Program-made: the position numbers and the translations under genes
Assembly (NCBI GenBank): GCA_963847625.1
Contig: CAWKAR010000040.1
Location: forward strand, 32,898-96,897
From: a candidate division FCPU426 bacterium
GTDB taxonomy: Bacteria > Oederibacteriota > Muellerivitia > Muellerivitales > Muellerivitaceae
Length of the DNA: 64,000 bases
Direction: 5' to 3'
Part shown: positions 1-8,995 of the stretch, piece after piece
How positions within the stretch are numbered: the stretch's first letter is position 1
Layout: each line of letters begins with the position of its first letter
Notes under the pieces: generated by a model
Databases searched by the model: none
The model's input: the letters and a program-made list of their open reading frames with translations, nothing else
What the model was told of the DNA's origin: nothing

Positions 1-122
1 TCCAGGATGGGGCCTTTTAATTTTTCTTTGGCGAAGCGCTCGCATTCATAAGAACGCCAGAGCGAATGAGCCACGGAAGTGTACAGCAGATAATGCCCGA
101 AAAATTCCTGACGCGTTTTCAT
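1..122 (-). CDS. 5' part of a gene running off the window edge, possibly a class I SAM-dependent methyltransferase
   Basis: Hand translation from ATG at 122 gives MKTRQEFFGHYLLYTSVAHSLWRSYECERFAKEKLKGPIL(D), open to the edge. 'PILD' resembles the start of motif I. Co-oriented with the upstream GT2. Confidence 0.45.
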   Translation of the reverse strand, partial: MKTRQEFFGHYLLYTSVAHSLWRSYECERFAKEKLKGPIL

Positions 123-180
123 TGTCGTACCCCCATTTATCCTGAGATAATCACTGCGTAAGATCATCCTTCTAGAATCG

Positions 181-903
181 CTAAATTTTCCCTATGAGGG
201 TGAGCCAGCGAAGCAGGAAAATGTTAACCGCATACCCAATGACTTCATTCATCCCGAGTTTGCTCTTGCCCTTTTCACGGTTCACGAGAATGATGGGGAT
301 TTCCTTCACCCTCGCCCCGGCTCGGATGGCACGGTAAAGAATCTCAACGTAAAAAACGTACCCTTTCGAGATGATATGATCCGGCCGAATCTTGCGAAGC
401 AGTTCAGCCGTATAGCACTTGAAACCACCCGAACAATCCTTTTGATCGATTCGCAATATTTTCTTTACCATGTAATTGGCAAACATACTGATGAGAAGCC
501 GCCGGATACTCCAATTCACCATTCCACCGTCCCGGACATAACGCGAGCCGATCACTAGGTCATATTCACCCATGAGGTTTAACATTTGAGGTATATAGGC
601 CGGGTCATGGGACAAGTCGGCGTCGATGGTGATGATCAATTCGTACTTTTTGTCCAACGCATAGTAAAATCCCGTGATGACCGCGGTTCCAAGGCCTAAT
701 TTCCCGGAACGGTGAAAGACCTTAACCCGCTTGTCTTTTAAAGACAGACGATCCGCCATTTCCCCCGTTCCATCGGGCGACCCATCGTCAATAATGAGAA
801 TATGGCAGGTCTTGGAAACGCGGGTGATACGCCGGTATATCATCTCAAGGTTTTCTATTTCATTATAAGTTGGTACAATAACTAACGTTTTTTTGCGTTT
901 CAT
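181..903 (-). CDS. GT2 polyprenol monophosphomannose synthase-like glycosyltransferase
   Basis: Motifs IVPTYNE, IIDDGSPDGT, KLGLGTA, IDADLSH, VIGSRY, SGGFKCY. Likely start MKRKK at 903; the ORF track overextends the 5' end. Confidence 0.9.
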   Translation of the reverse strand: MKRKKTLVIVPTYNEIENLEMIYRRITRVSKTCHILIIDDGSPDGTGEMADRLSLKDKRVKVFHRSGKLGLGTAVITGFYYALDKKYELIITIDADLSHDPAYIPQMLNLMGEYDLVIGSRYVRDGGMVNWSIRRLLISMFANYMVKKILRIDQKDCSGGFKCYTAELLRKIRPDHIISKGYVFYVEILYRAIRAGARVKEIPIILVNREKGKSKLGMNEVIGYAVNIFLLRWLTLIGKI

Positions 904-1093
904 CTTTTTCAAAGACCGCGCCGAACGTTCTGCCGATGTTGTCATGCGGAAACCACTCCAGAAGAAAAGATGCAACGCCCCGTAACTCAATTGGTACGAT
1001 GGGACGTGACGACAAGTTGGGGCAATATTATCATTCCCCGGCAGAGATTGGTAGGAAAAGCCCCTCCAAAACAAAAAAAACGAGGAACTATCG

Positions 1094-2332
1094 ATGCCTA
1101 GAAAAACATGCAGGATCGACGAATCCGAACTCATCGAAGTCATGGACCTCGGAGTCCAATATGTTTCCGATTTCGTGGAAAATCCCACGGACGGGGAGCA
1201 GTCCTCGTTGAAGGTGGGCATTGGTAAGGGCTCTGGCTTGCTCCAGCTCTTCGAGAGCTTTTCGCCCGAAAAAATGTACCGCCGTTACTGGTACCGGTCC
1301 GGCATTAACGAATCCATGGTATCGGAGTTGAAAAATATAACCGATTCGGCAAGAAAATTCGTCGAATTAAAAACCGGCGATACTGTGCTGGACATCGCCT
1401 CCAACGATGGAACTCTTCTGAGCTTCTGGAATAAAGACCTCTTTAGGATCGGTATCGATCCGGCCAAAAACTTGAAACAATATTCGGAAAAACACGCCAA
1501 CGTCATCGTAGAGGACTTTTTCAATTCAAAACATTTTTTCTCCCACAGTAAAAACAAGGCCCGGATCATCACCTCCATTGCTATGTTTTATGACATCGAG
1601 AACCCCAACTGGTTCGTGAAGGAAGTTGGAAACTGCTTGGATGAAGAAGGTATATGGATCATCCAAATGAGTTACATGCCACTCATGCTCGAGCAAAACG
1701 CCTTCGACAATATCCTGGCCGAACATATCGAGTATTATTCCTTCACGGTTTTAAACAATCTCCTTGCCGCAAATAAACTAAAAGTGATCAACGTGGAACT
1801 TAACGATATCAATTCCGGCAGTTTCCGCGTTTATATTTCTCAAAAGGGAAATAAGACCTTCAAACTCCCCTATCACGCCCAGCAAATCGGGGATTTCCGA
1901 GTAAAATCCCTTCTGGAATATGAAAAAAGCCTTCGCCTGCTGGAACCCAAGCCTTATATAGATTTTTTCAATCGCATCAAGAAAAACAAGGAAACAACCC
2001 TTGATCTTTTAAGGGATATCAAGGGAAAAAATAAGACCGTCATCGGCTATGGTGCCAGCACAAAAGGCAATACTCTTCTTCAGTTTTACGGCATCACGCC
2101 TGACCTCATTTCCTGTATTGCCGAAAGGTCTCCCGAGAAAATCGGGAAAAAAACCATTGGGACCGGTATTCCCATTATCACCGAGGAAGAAGCCCGGCGG
2201 CGAAAGCCTGATTATCTTTTCGTTTTTCCCTGGCACTTTGTTGATAGTTTCAAAAAACGTGAAAAAAAACTATTGGAATCGGGTACACAAATGATTGTTC
2301 CCCTTCCCTATTTGCAAATCGTTAAAGATTAG
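1094..2332 (+). CDS. SAM-dependent NDP-sugar C-methyltransferase family protein
   Basis: YWYRSG, VLDIASNDGTLL, GIDPA, EHIEYYS, GSFRVY and C-terminal GYGASTKGNTLLQ...PWHF are typical of this family. Confidence 0.85.
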   Translation: MPRKTCRIDESELIEVMDLGVQYVSDFVENPTDGEQSSLKVGIGKGSGLLQLFESFSPEKMYRRYWYRSGINESMVSELKNITDSARKFVELKTGDTVLDIASNDGTLLSFWNKDLFRIGIDPAKNLKQYSEKHANVIVEDFFNSKHFFSHSKNKARIITSIAMFYDIENPNWFVKEVGNCLDEEGIWIIQMSYMPLMLEQNAFDNILAEHIEYYSFTVLNNLLAANKLKVINVELNDINSGSFRVYISQKGNKTFKLPYHAQQIGDFRVKSLLEYEKSLRLLEPKPYIDFFNRIKKNKETTLDLLRDIKGKNKTVIGYGASTKGNTLLQFYGITPDLISCIAERSPEKIGKKTIGTGIPIITEEEARRRKPDYLFVFPWHFVDSFKKREKKLLESGTQMIVPLPYLQIVKD

Positions 2333-2506
2333 AATTTTTTAAAAATTAATTGCCAAAGCTCCAAGGTTACCGGAAAATAAAAAAAATATTTTTCGTGAAA
2401 CTATTTTTCCCGATTCAAGTGAGTCTTGGTGCTGAAGAGCGATAAATTCGATGGCGCCAAACCCAGTTCTTTAAGAAGGGTTCAAGCGCCTCTCAGTACT
2501 TACTAA

Positions 2507-2550
2507 GTTCGCCCTGAGCAAACCCCACCATATAGGTCGGTGTCGAAGGT
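2507..2550. repeat. Degenerate REP-like element
   Basis: GTTCGCCCTGAGC...GTCGAAGG ends resemble a common REP-type repeat. Single copy in the window. Confidence 0.3.
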
Positions 2551-2574
2551 TTGATTTTGTGAACGGAGTTTTCC

Positions 2575-3564
2575 ATGCCGAAAAAAGCTTTGATTACGGG
2601 CGTTCCAGGACAGGACGGAAGTTATTTAGCCGAATTCCTTCTGGCAAAAGGTTATGAAATATTCGGCTTGGTCCGCTGGCTGCCCTATGAGAACCTCGAT
2701 TATGTGGAACCCATCCTACGAGACCCCTCCAAACCTTTTAAGATTTACGAAGTCGACTTGACGGATTCGGGCCGCTTAACCAACTTATTGAGGGACATTC
2801 AACCCCAGGAGATTTACAATCTTGCCGCCCAGTCGGACGATGAGGTATCCATAGGAGCCCCCGAATACACGGCTGAAATTAACGGAATGGCCCCAGTGCG
2901 GCTTTTGGAGTCTATGTGTCAGGCCGGAATCCAATCCCGGTTTTTCCAAGCATCTAGTTCGGAAATCTTTGGTGCCGCCAAGAGTAGCCTTCAATCAGAA
3001 AACACTCCCATTCAGCCCCGCAGCCCTTATGGTTTTGCCAAAGCTTTCGCTCATGGAATGGTGGGTTATTATCGAAATGTCCGTAAAATTTACGCCGCCA
3101 GCGGAATTCTTTTCAACCACGAATCTCCCCGGCGCGGCGCGGCCTTTGTCACAAGGAAAATAACGCGCGGGCTGGCCCAGATCGTGGCGAAAAAGCTGGA
3201 CAAAATAACCCTTGGCAATTTGGAATCCCAAAGGGATTGGGGCTACGCCAAGGATTATGTACAAGCCATGTGGCTTACGCTTCAACAAAAGGAACCCGAT
3301 GATTTCGTCATTGCCACTGGAGAAAGCCATTCCATCAGGGAATTCCTCGAAGAGGCTTTTTCATATTTGGGGTTGGATTACCGGAAATACGTTGAATCCG
3401 ACGCCAAACTTATGCGGACAGTTGAAATCCAAGCCATGCGTGGGGACAACACTAAAGCCCGAAAAATTCTGGGATGGAAACCATCCGTTGACTTTCGTCA
3501 GTTAGTGCGGTTGATGGTGGATGCGGATTTAATAAAGGCCGGACTGACGCCCCCCAAACCCTGA
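2575..3564 (+). CDS. gmd: GDP-mannose 4,6-dehydratase
   Basis: ALITGxxGQDGSYLAE, QASSSE, PRSPYGFAK, GILFNHESPRRG, FVTRKIT, RDWGYAKDYV. Confidence 0.92.
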   Translation: MPKKALITGVPGQDGSYLAEFLLAKGYEIFGLVRWLPYENLDYVEPILRDPSKPFKIYEVDLTDSGRLTNLLRDIQPQEIYNLAAQSDDEVSIGAPEYTAEINGMAPVRLLESMCQAGIQSRFFQASSSEIFGAAKSSLQSENTPIQPRSPYGFAKAFAHGMVGYYRNVRKIYAASGILFNHESPRRGAAFVTRKITRGLAQIVAKKLDKITLGNLESQRDWGYAKDYVQAMWLTLQQKEPDDFVIATGESHSIREFLEEAFSYLGLDYRKYVESDAKLMRTVEIQAMRGDNTKARKILGWKPSVDFRQLVRLMVDADLIKAGLTPPKP

Positions 3565-3668
3565 CTTCAATTTGCCGAGGGGAGATTGGGGAATCTTAAA
3601 AGGCGTTAACCCCGATTCCGAGCAACTTAAACTCAACTTCTATAACGTTATTCCTTTAGTGGCACGAT

Positions 3669-4418
3669 TTATTTAAACTTTGGTTCCAGCCAATCCGCCC
3701 AGCCTTTTTCGCTATGACCATGAGCATACTTCACTTGAAGCGAAAGCTCCTTGGCCCCCTTAGTTTCCACATCCACAGGAACAGGTTTCATGCTCGGATC
3801 CATAATATGACTTTTAAAAATTCTTTTTCCATCGGCTAAAACTGAAAATATCACCGCGTCGCTTTCCCCTCCGCCGTTGTCTGCGCCGACCTTACAGGAA
3901 AAACGCTTAACGCGTCCATTTAATGCAAAGACTATTTTTGAAGGGGCATGGGTTCCAATGCCATGTTCGAACCCCTTATCGGCCACCTTGAGTGGATCGC
4001 CAACGATATTTCTGTCAATTTCAGGATTACCGCTTCCATCCTTTGACCATCCAACGTATCCCGACTTGGACTTGATGCCATTAAAATCTAAAGTCATTGA
4101 CATCTGAATCGACTTTGGTTTTTGTGGGATGGCTTGTTTTTCCTCAATTTTTACGGTAGGTACCGCAGTCGGCACTAAAATCACCGGAGGTGTAACTACG
4201 GCACGACCTGGAGCTTGGTCCTTTCTCCTGTTCCAATAAGAATGCGCTAAATAAAACACCAAGACCACAACGATACCCCAACGAATAATCTGGGTTGCAT
4301 AAACCGCCGCTTTGGGTAGTGTAAATCGAGGGGAAGAAATCTTATTCGGCCCTACAATCTCGGATTCTTTTTTAGGAATCCTGACTGGCCGTTTCTTACG
4401 AACAATTTTCTTTGGCAT
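3669..4418 (-). CDS. Membrane-anchored NPCBM/NEW2 carbohydrate-binding domain protein
   Basis: One TM segment, then GIGTHAPS, F.CKVGAD, VIFSVLADG, ADWLEP. AGGAG RBS precedes ATG at 4418. Confidence 0.8.
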   Translation of the reverse strand: MPKKIVRKKRPVRIPKKESEIVGPNKISSPRFTLPKAAVYATQIIRWGIVVVLVFYLAHSYWNRRKDQAPGRAVVTPPVILVPTAVPTVKIEEKQAIPQKPKSIQMSMTLDFNGIKSKSGYVGWSKDGSGNPEIDRNIVGDPLKVADKGFEHGIGTHAPSKIVFALNGRVKRFSCKVGADNGGGESDAVIFSVLADGKRIFKSHIMDPSMKPVPVDVETKGAKELSLQVKYAHGHSEKGWADWLEPKFK

Positions 4419-4649
4419 AAACACTCCTTATTAAAATAATTATTCGAACAAATTATAGTGGTTCTCTTCTAATTCATGCTTGGTTATTTTCTGCCGCGAG
4501 GTACTGGAATGCCGATAACTAGTTTTTTCTGCCACTTTCTTCAATATTTCTAAAAAATGTATAAGTCAGGTCAAAGAGGCCTTTCCATCAGCATAATGCC
4601 CCACAAAACACTCGTTACTAGCTTACTTTGCAACTTCTAGGAGAAAAAC

Positions 4650-5399
4650 CTAATTTTTTACCCCGACGCAAAACAAGGATAATCCGATAGGTCGGGGAAG
4701 CCATTGTTCAATCAACCCAGTCCACCGGACAATCTGGTCATAAATCATCATTTGGTTACGGGGGACAATCGGTCTCCTAAGAACCTGACCGTTGAACCAC
4801 CACCCAAAAATACCCAAAAGATTCAAATACCTGCAAAAGTGGACATTAAAACCAGTATCCTGAAAAAGTCTCTCCAACCCGTTTTTGTAATACCTGCGAT
4901 GATGTCCATAGCTCCTGTCCATGGATCCATAAATAAATTGAAGGGCCGGTACAAAAAGAAGAAATTTCCCTCCAGGTTGGAGCACTTGATGGCATTCCAT
5001 AAGAAATCGGGAGTCATTTTGGATATGTTCCAACACGTTGACGCAGACCACAGTGTCCGCTCTGAACGATCGAACTTGGCCTAAGCCTGTTGATAAATCC
5101 ATTTTTTTAAAACGGACATTCTGCCGTTTATCTAAAATCATTCGAGCGGTGTCCAAATAATCTTGGTGAAAATCCATGGCCAATACTTCCCCTCGATCGG
5201 CCAGGCAGGAAGTCATATTCCCGATACCGCAACCAACTTCCAATATTCTTTTCCCGAGATAGGGTTCCATTAAATGATTGATCCACTGGTTGTAATGGAC
5301 AGCCAGGGCAAGGTCATCCAGAGTTTCTCTTTGGCCGTCCCATTCCGCGACCTTAGCCGGAGAAGAAGACTTTCTTCTTTCAAAGTGATTTTTTTTCAT
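4650..5399 (-). CDS. Class I SAM-dependent methyltransferase
   Basis: ILEVGCGIG, NVLEHI, LQPGG, GHHRRY. AGGAG RBS precedes ATG at 5399. Confidence 0.85.
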   Translation of the reverse strand: MKKNHFERRKSSSPAKVAEWDGQRETLDDLALAVHYNQWINHLMEPYLGKRILEVGCGIGNMTSCLADRGEVLAMDFHQDYLDTARMILDKRQNVRFKKMDLSTGLGQVRSFRADTVVCVNVLEHIQNDSRFLMECHQVLQPGGKFLLFVPALQFIYGSMDRSYGHHRRYYKNGLERLFQDTGFNVHFCRYLNLLGIFGWWFNGQVLRRPIVPRNQMMIYDQIVRWTGLIEQWLPRPIGLSLFCVGVKN

Positions 5400-5547
5400 A
5401 AAACTCCTAATTTCCATGCTAAACAAAATCAAAAACCCAAACTAAAAGTATTGGTGAAATAAGTTTAAAAATTTATCGCAACACTTCAATCGCACAAATA
5501 CGGGTAGGTTCCCAAGAACAAAATTCTTTATATCGGCCTATCCAAAA

Positions 5548-7632
5548 TTATTGCCCTGTTTGGTATCTGCCATTTTGATTCACAAAGTCCAAACCCCGTT
5601 TGGCTTCGGCATACCCCGGATTTAATTCCAAAGTCTTTTGGAATAATTTTCCTGCTGTTTGGTAATCATTAGTATCCATTGCGGCAACAGCCCAATTGTA
5701 ATAGGCTTCGGGATAATTGGGATCCAAAGTTGTCGCTTTTCTATACCATTCCATTGAATCATTTAGCCGTCCAAGATGAAATAATGAATTCCCCAAGTTG
5801 TAAGCGTATTTGGAATCTGTGGGATCCCAATTTTGTGCCCAGGCAAACTGGTCGGAGGATTTTTCATAATCCCCCTGAATAGCCAAGAGATCCTGCATTT
5901 TCGGGTGCAAGGACAGTTTTTCCTTGGCATCATCCCCAAGATCTTCGTAATAAACGCCTAAGCTGTTACGGCTTATGCCATAGTTAACAACAAGTTGTTC
6001 ACGAGTCCTCGAATCATAGGGAAACAATGAATTTTGAAAATGCCGAAATCGCAAAACACCCCAAATATATTCGGCCCGGGAATCCTCCAAATACGGCTCT
6101 TGCTCTTTCAAAAAAACCTTTGTCACAAGGCCATAGGGAACCAGCTTAGTTCCCGGCATGAGGCCCTCATCCGGTTGATTAAAACTAAAATAAAGTTCAA
6201 GTTCCTTGTTGTGTTCCACCATCCATTGCGACATGGTTGAAATCGCCTCAACCCCAACTGGATTTTTGGAAAAAGGCACCTGAAGCCCGGGATGGTTTAA
6301 CGCAAGATTGCGGCGGACCCATTCCATGGGCAATCCGTCCACTCCAACCACGGACAAATCTAGTCTTTTTCCTTCCACCCATTGGAAGTACCAAGATGGA
6401 AATACAACGCTGTCTCCCCGGCAATAAAAAAGGCAATTTTTCGGGAGAGACTTCCATTCATTTAAAACATAATCGTAGGTGTAGCTGTAATCCGTCTGCC
6501 GGAGGCGGTTATAGCGGATAATCCCCTGCGCCAAAAGTAAAAATGAAAAGGTAACAATAAAGAAGATTTGCAGACCTCGGCGAAACCGCACTGGGTTTTT
6601 AGAAGACAATAATATTTCCAACCCCCATGCACTAAAAATTAGAATAAATACATGCGTGGAAAGAACATAGGATTGGATCAAATATTGCCGTTCTTTCGGG
6701 AGATTCAGGTAAATACTCAAAACAGCGAAAAAGGAAAACCAGGCTAATACCATTCCCCGGGCTAGGGGCAAACGTCGTTTAAACGCCATCCAGGCTCCTA
6801 AAATAGCCAAGAGCATCAAGCCGGAAAATTCCAGAAAACTCGCTTTAAGGCAAAGCCATAATTGTAAAATCCATGAACTTGGCCCTCCGCTGGTTTCGGC
6901 GCCCAAGTATTGACTTCGAAGAAAATTCGAAACGAAATTTTGGAATGAATCGGGATTGCCCCAATTCAACAGGGGTCCTTGGTGACTCCTTAAAGGAAGG
7001 TAAAGGTTGACCGATAGGCCGAGAACAAGTAAGGCTAAAAATACAAAAACCATTTTCCATTCCCTTATTTTTTCTTTCTTCGTTTCAAGGATAATTAAAA
7101 TAAATCCGGGTGATAAAACTACAATACTCATCCAATGATGGGCCAGGGAAAGACCTATCAGAAAAAACGCGAATAGAAACTTCCCTTCTCCCAAGGTCAA
7201 TAGGATGACGACTAAAAAAAGTGCGGTAAGATGATAAATACCAGTTTTAGCGCTTAAAGCCGCTGGAAATGTGGTTACGCCGGTGATCCAAAGCAGGGAC
7301 AAGATTGAAGCCATAGGCCGCGAGACCCGAACCCAACCCCTGAGAAATATATAGAGGCAGACGCAAACTGCGGCCGCCAGGCTGCAGGACATAAGATTCA
7401 CCCGGAATGGTAAATGGGCTAAGGGCAACATGGCGTAAATATGTCCAAAAATTGTGTAAAGCGGATAACCGGGTGGGTGGGGAATTCCTAGTAAAGTGGA
7501 AGCAGTAATAGTTTCAGGGCTGTCGTCAACATAAAACGAAGGATTTAAACCCGTCAATAAAAAACCCAAGGCGAGTAAAAAAAGAAGGCATGGAATCAAT
7601 ATTTTATCCGGGGGATTGGGTGTGCTTTCCAT
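5548..7632 (-). CDS. DUF2723 (TMEM260-like, GT-C fold) membrane glycosyltransferase with C-terminal TPRs
   Basis: N-terminal DSPE...LGIPHPPGYPLY, many TM helices, YLPLRS..P.LNWGNP, terminal TPR motifs (YAYNLG, AYYNWA). Confidence 0.85.
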   Translation of the reverse strand: MESTPNPPDKILIPCLLFLLALGFLLTGLNPSFYVDDSPETITASTLLGIPHPPGYPLYTIFGHIYAMLPLAHLPFRVNLMSCSLAAAVCVCLYIFLRGWVRVSRPMASILSLLWITGVTTFPAALSAKTGIYHLTALFLVVILLTLGEGKFLFAFFLIGLSLAHHWMSIVVLSPGFILIILETKKEKIREWKMVFVFLALLVLGLSVNLYLPLRSHQGPLLNWGNPDSFQNFVSNFLRSQYLGAETSGGPSSWILQLWLCLKASFLEFSGLMLLAILGAWMAFKRRLPLARGMVLAWFSFFAVLSIYLNLPKERQYLIQSYVLSTHVFILIFSAWGLEILLSSKNPVRFRRGLQIFFIVTFSFLLLAQGIIRYNRLRQTDYSYTYDYVLNEWKSLPKNCLFYCRGDSVVFPSWYFQWVEGKRLDLSVVGVDGLPMEWVRRNLALNHPGLQVPFSKNPVGVEAISTMSQWMVEHNKELELYFSFNQPDEGLMPGTKLVPYGLVTKVFLKEQEPYLEDSRAEYIWGVLRFRHFQNSLFPYDSRTREQLVVNYGISRNSLGVYYEDLGDDAKEKLSLHPKMQDLLAIQGDYEKSSDQFAWAQNWDPTDSKYAYNLGNSLFHLGRLNDSMEWYRKATTLDPNYPEAYYNWAVAAMDTNDYQTAGKLFQKTLELNPGYAEAKRGLDFVNQNGRYQTGQ

Positions 7633-7763
7633 AATTTTTAAAAATTAAAACACTATATAACAAAGACTCCAAGAAAATAATTCATTAAGAATATCGAATC
7701 ATTTACTGGGAAAACAGGGTTTATGGCAAGAGGAATGAAAAATATTTTATGAACCGATTTTCA

Positions 7764-8834
7764 TCACCGGCTTAATAATATTTTAAACCGGTCAATGAGT
7801 TTGATGGGTGTCGGGTCAACTCCTTTTAAAAAGGCAAGATATACACTCGCAAAGTCACCCAAATAAAGAACAGACAACATTTGTGCCAACAGTGATTTTC
7901 CCTGGGCATTTACTTCCATAACACCCGCCGTTCTGGTTTTGACGATTTCCCTCAGGATATCGAATCGTCTTTTAATTTGCGGATGATCCATTTGGGGATG
8001 CCGGAGGAAAATAATGGCCATACTCTTTGTTAGAAAATTTTTTGCGCTGAATCCCAGTACCTCGTTGTGATTCATTTCTGGAATGACGTTTGATATGGCA
8101 ATCTGCTTGGAATTTTCATTGAATTGGCATTTCCATCTTAATGCCACGGAATCCAAGTGATCCTGGCCCGAATAAATGACGGGCAATTTCCCTTTAAGAA
8201 ATTTTGCTACCTGCTTGGCCTTGTTTTTTTTCGATGGATTTTCCAATCCATACTGGAAGGATAAATCCACTAACAGGTTCAACATTTCATTAAAATGGGA
8301 GTCCTGGTTTGGAATCAGTTTCAAAGATTCCAATGCGGTTAGCAGGGTAATAAAAGAATAGCCAAATGCGGCTCGTGGCGGAAGACCTCCAGGAACCTCG
8401 CAATACGGGATTTCCTTTTTCCTGGCCTGGTTCATTAATTCACCGCCTGAGGAAACAACTAATATCCTCCTTTTTTTAGCGATGCATTTCCTAAAAACTG
8501 ACAAAGTTTCTTCCGTATTGCCGGAATAACTGGAACAGATGACAAGTGTATCCTTTGAAACCCACCCAGGAAGTTCGTAATGCCGGTTTACTGAGAACGG
8601 AAATTTTGCGCTTTTCCAAATCATTGTCCTTAAAATTTCACCGCCAATCGCTGAACCTCCTAGCCCGGAAACAACAACGCTTTTCATTTTCCCTTTGGGA
8701 AAAATGGGTGGTTCGGCAAGGACTCTTTTTCTTGCATCCTGACAGTGAAACGGCAGATCCATGACTTTCTGCAACATTCCTTCAGAATCTAGTTCTTTGA
8801 CTTCATTTATTTGATCGAGTAAAAATTCACTCAT
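7764..8834 (-). CDS. Bifunctional phosphoglucose/phosphomannose isomerase (SIS fold)
   Basis: SGLGGSAIGG, SYSGNTEET, RWKCQFNENSK, PEMNHNE, GVDPTP. Confidence 0.92.
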   Translation of the reverse strand: MSEFLLDQINEVKELDSEGMLQKVMDLPFHCQDARKRVLAEPPIFPKGKMKSVVVSGLGGSAIGGEILRTMIWKSAKFPFSVNRHYELPGWVSKDTLVICSSYSGNTEETLSVFRKCIAKKRRILVVSSGGELMNQARKKEIPYCEVPGGLPPRAAFGYSFITLLTALESLKLIPNQDSHFNEMLNLLVDLSFQYGLENPSKKNKAKQVAKFLKGKLPVIYSGQDHLDSVALRWKCQFNENSKQIAISNVIPEMNHNEVLGFSAKNFLTKSMAIIFLRHPQMDHPQIKRRFDILREIVKTRTAGVMEVNAQGKSLLAQMLSVLYLGDFASVYLAFLKGVDPTPIKLIDRFKILLSR

Positions 8835-8995
8835 AGTTACTCCTGAAAAAACTTTTATTTTTGGATAAAACTAAATACTCTGATTATTAATTTTAAATTT
8901 ATTTTTACCACTGCTTCGGAGTCCGAAGTTTTAATGATTATAAAATTGAACCGTTTATTAATTATGTATGGAATGAAAACTTTTGGGAATAAAGG

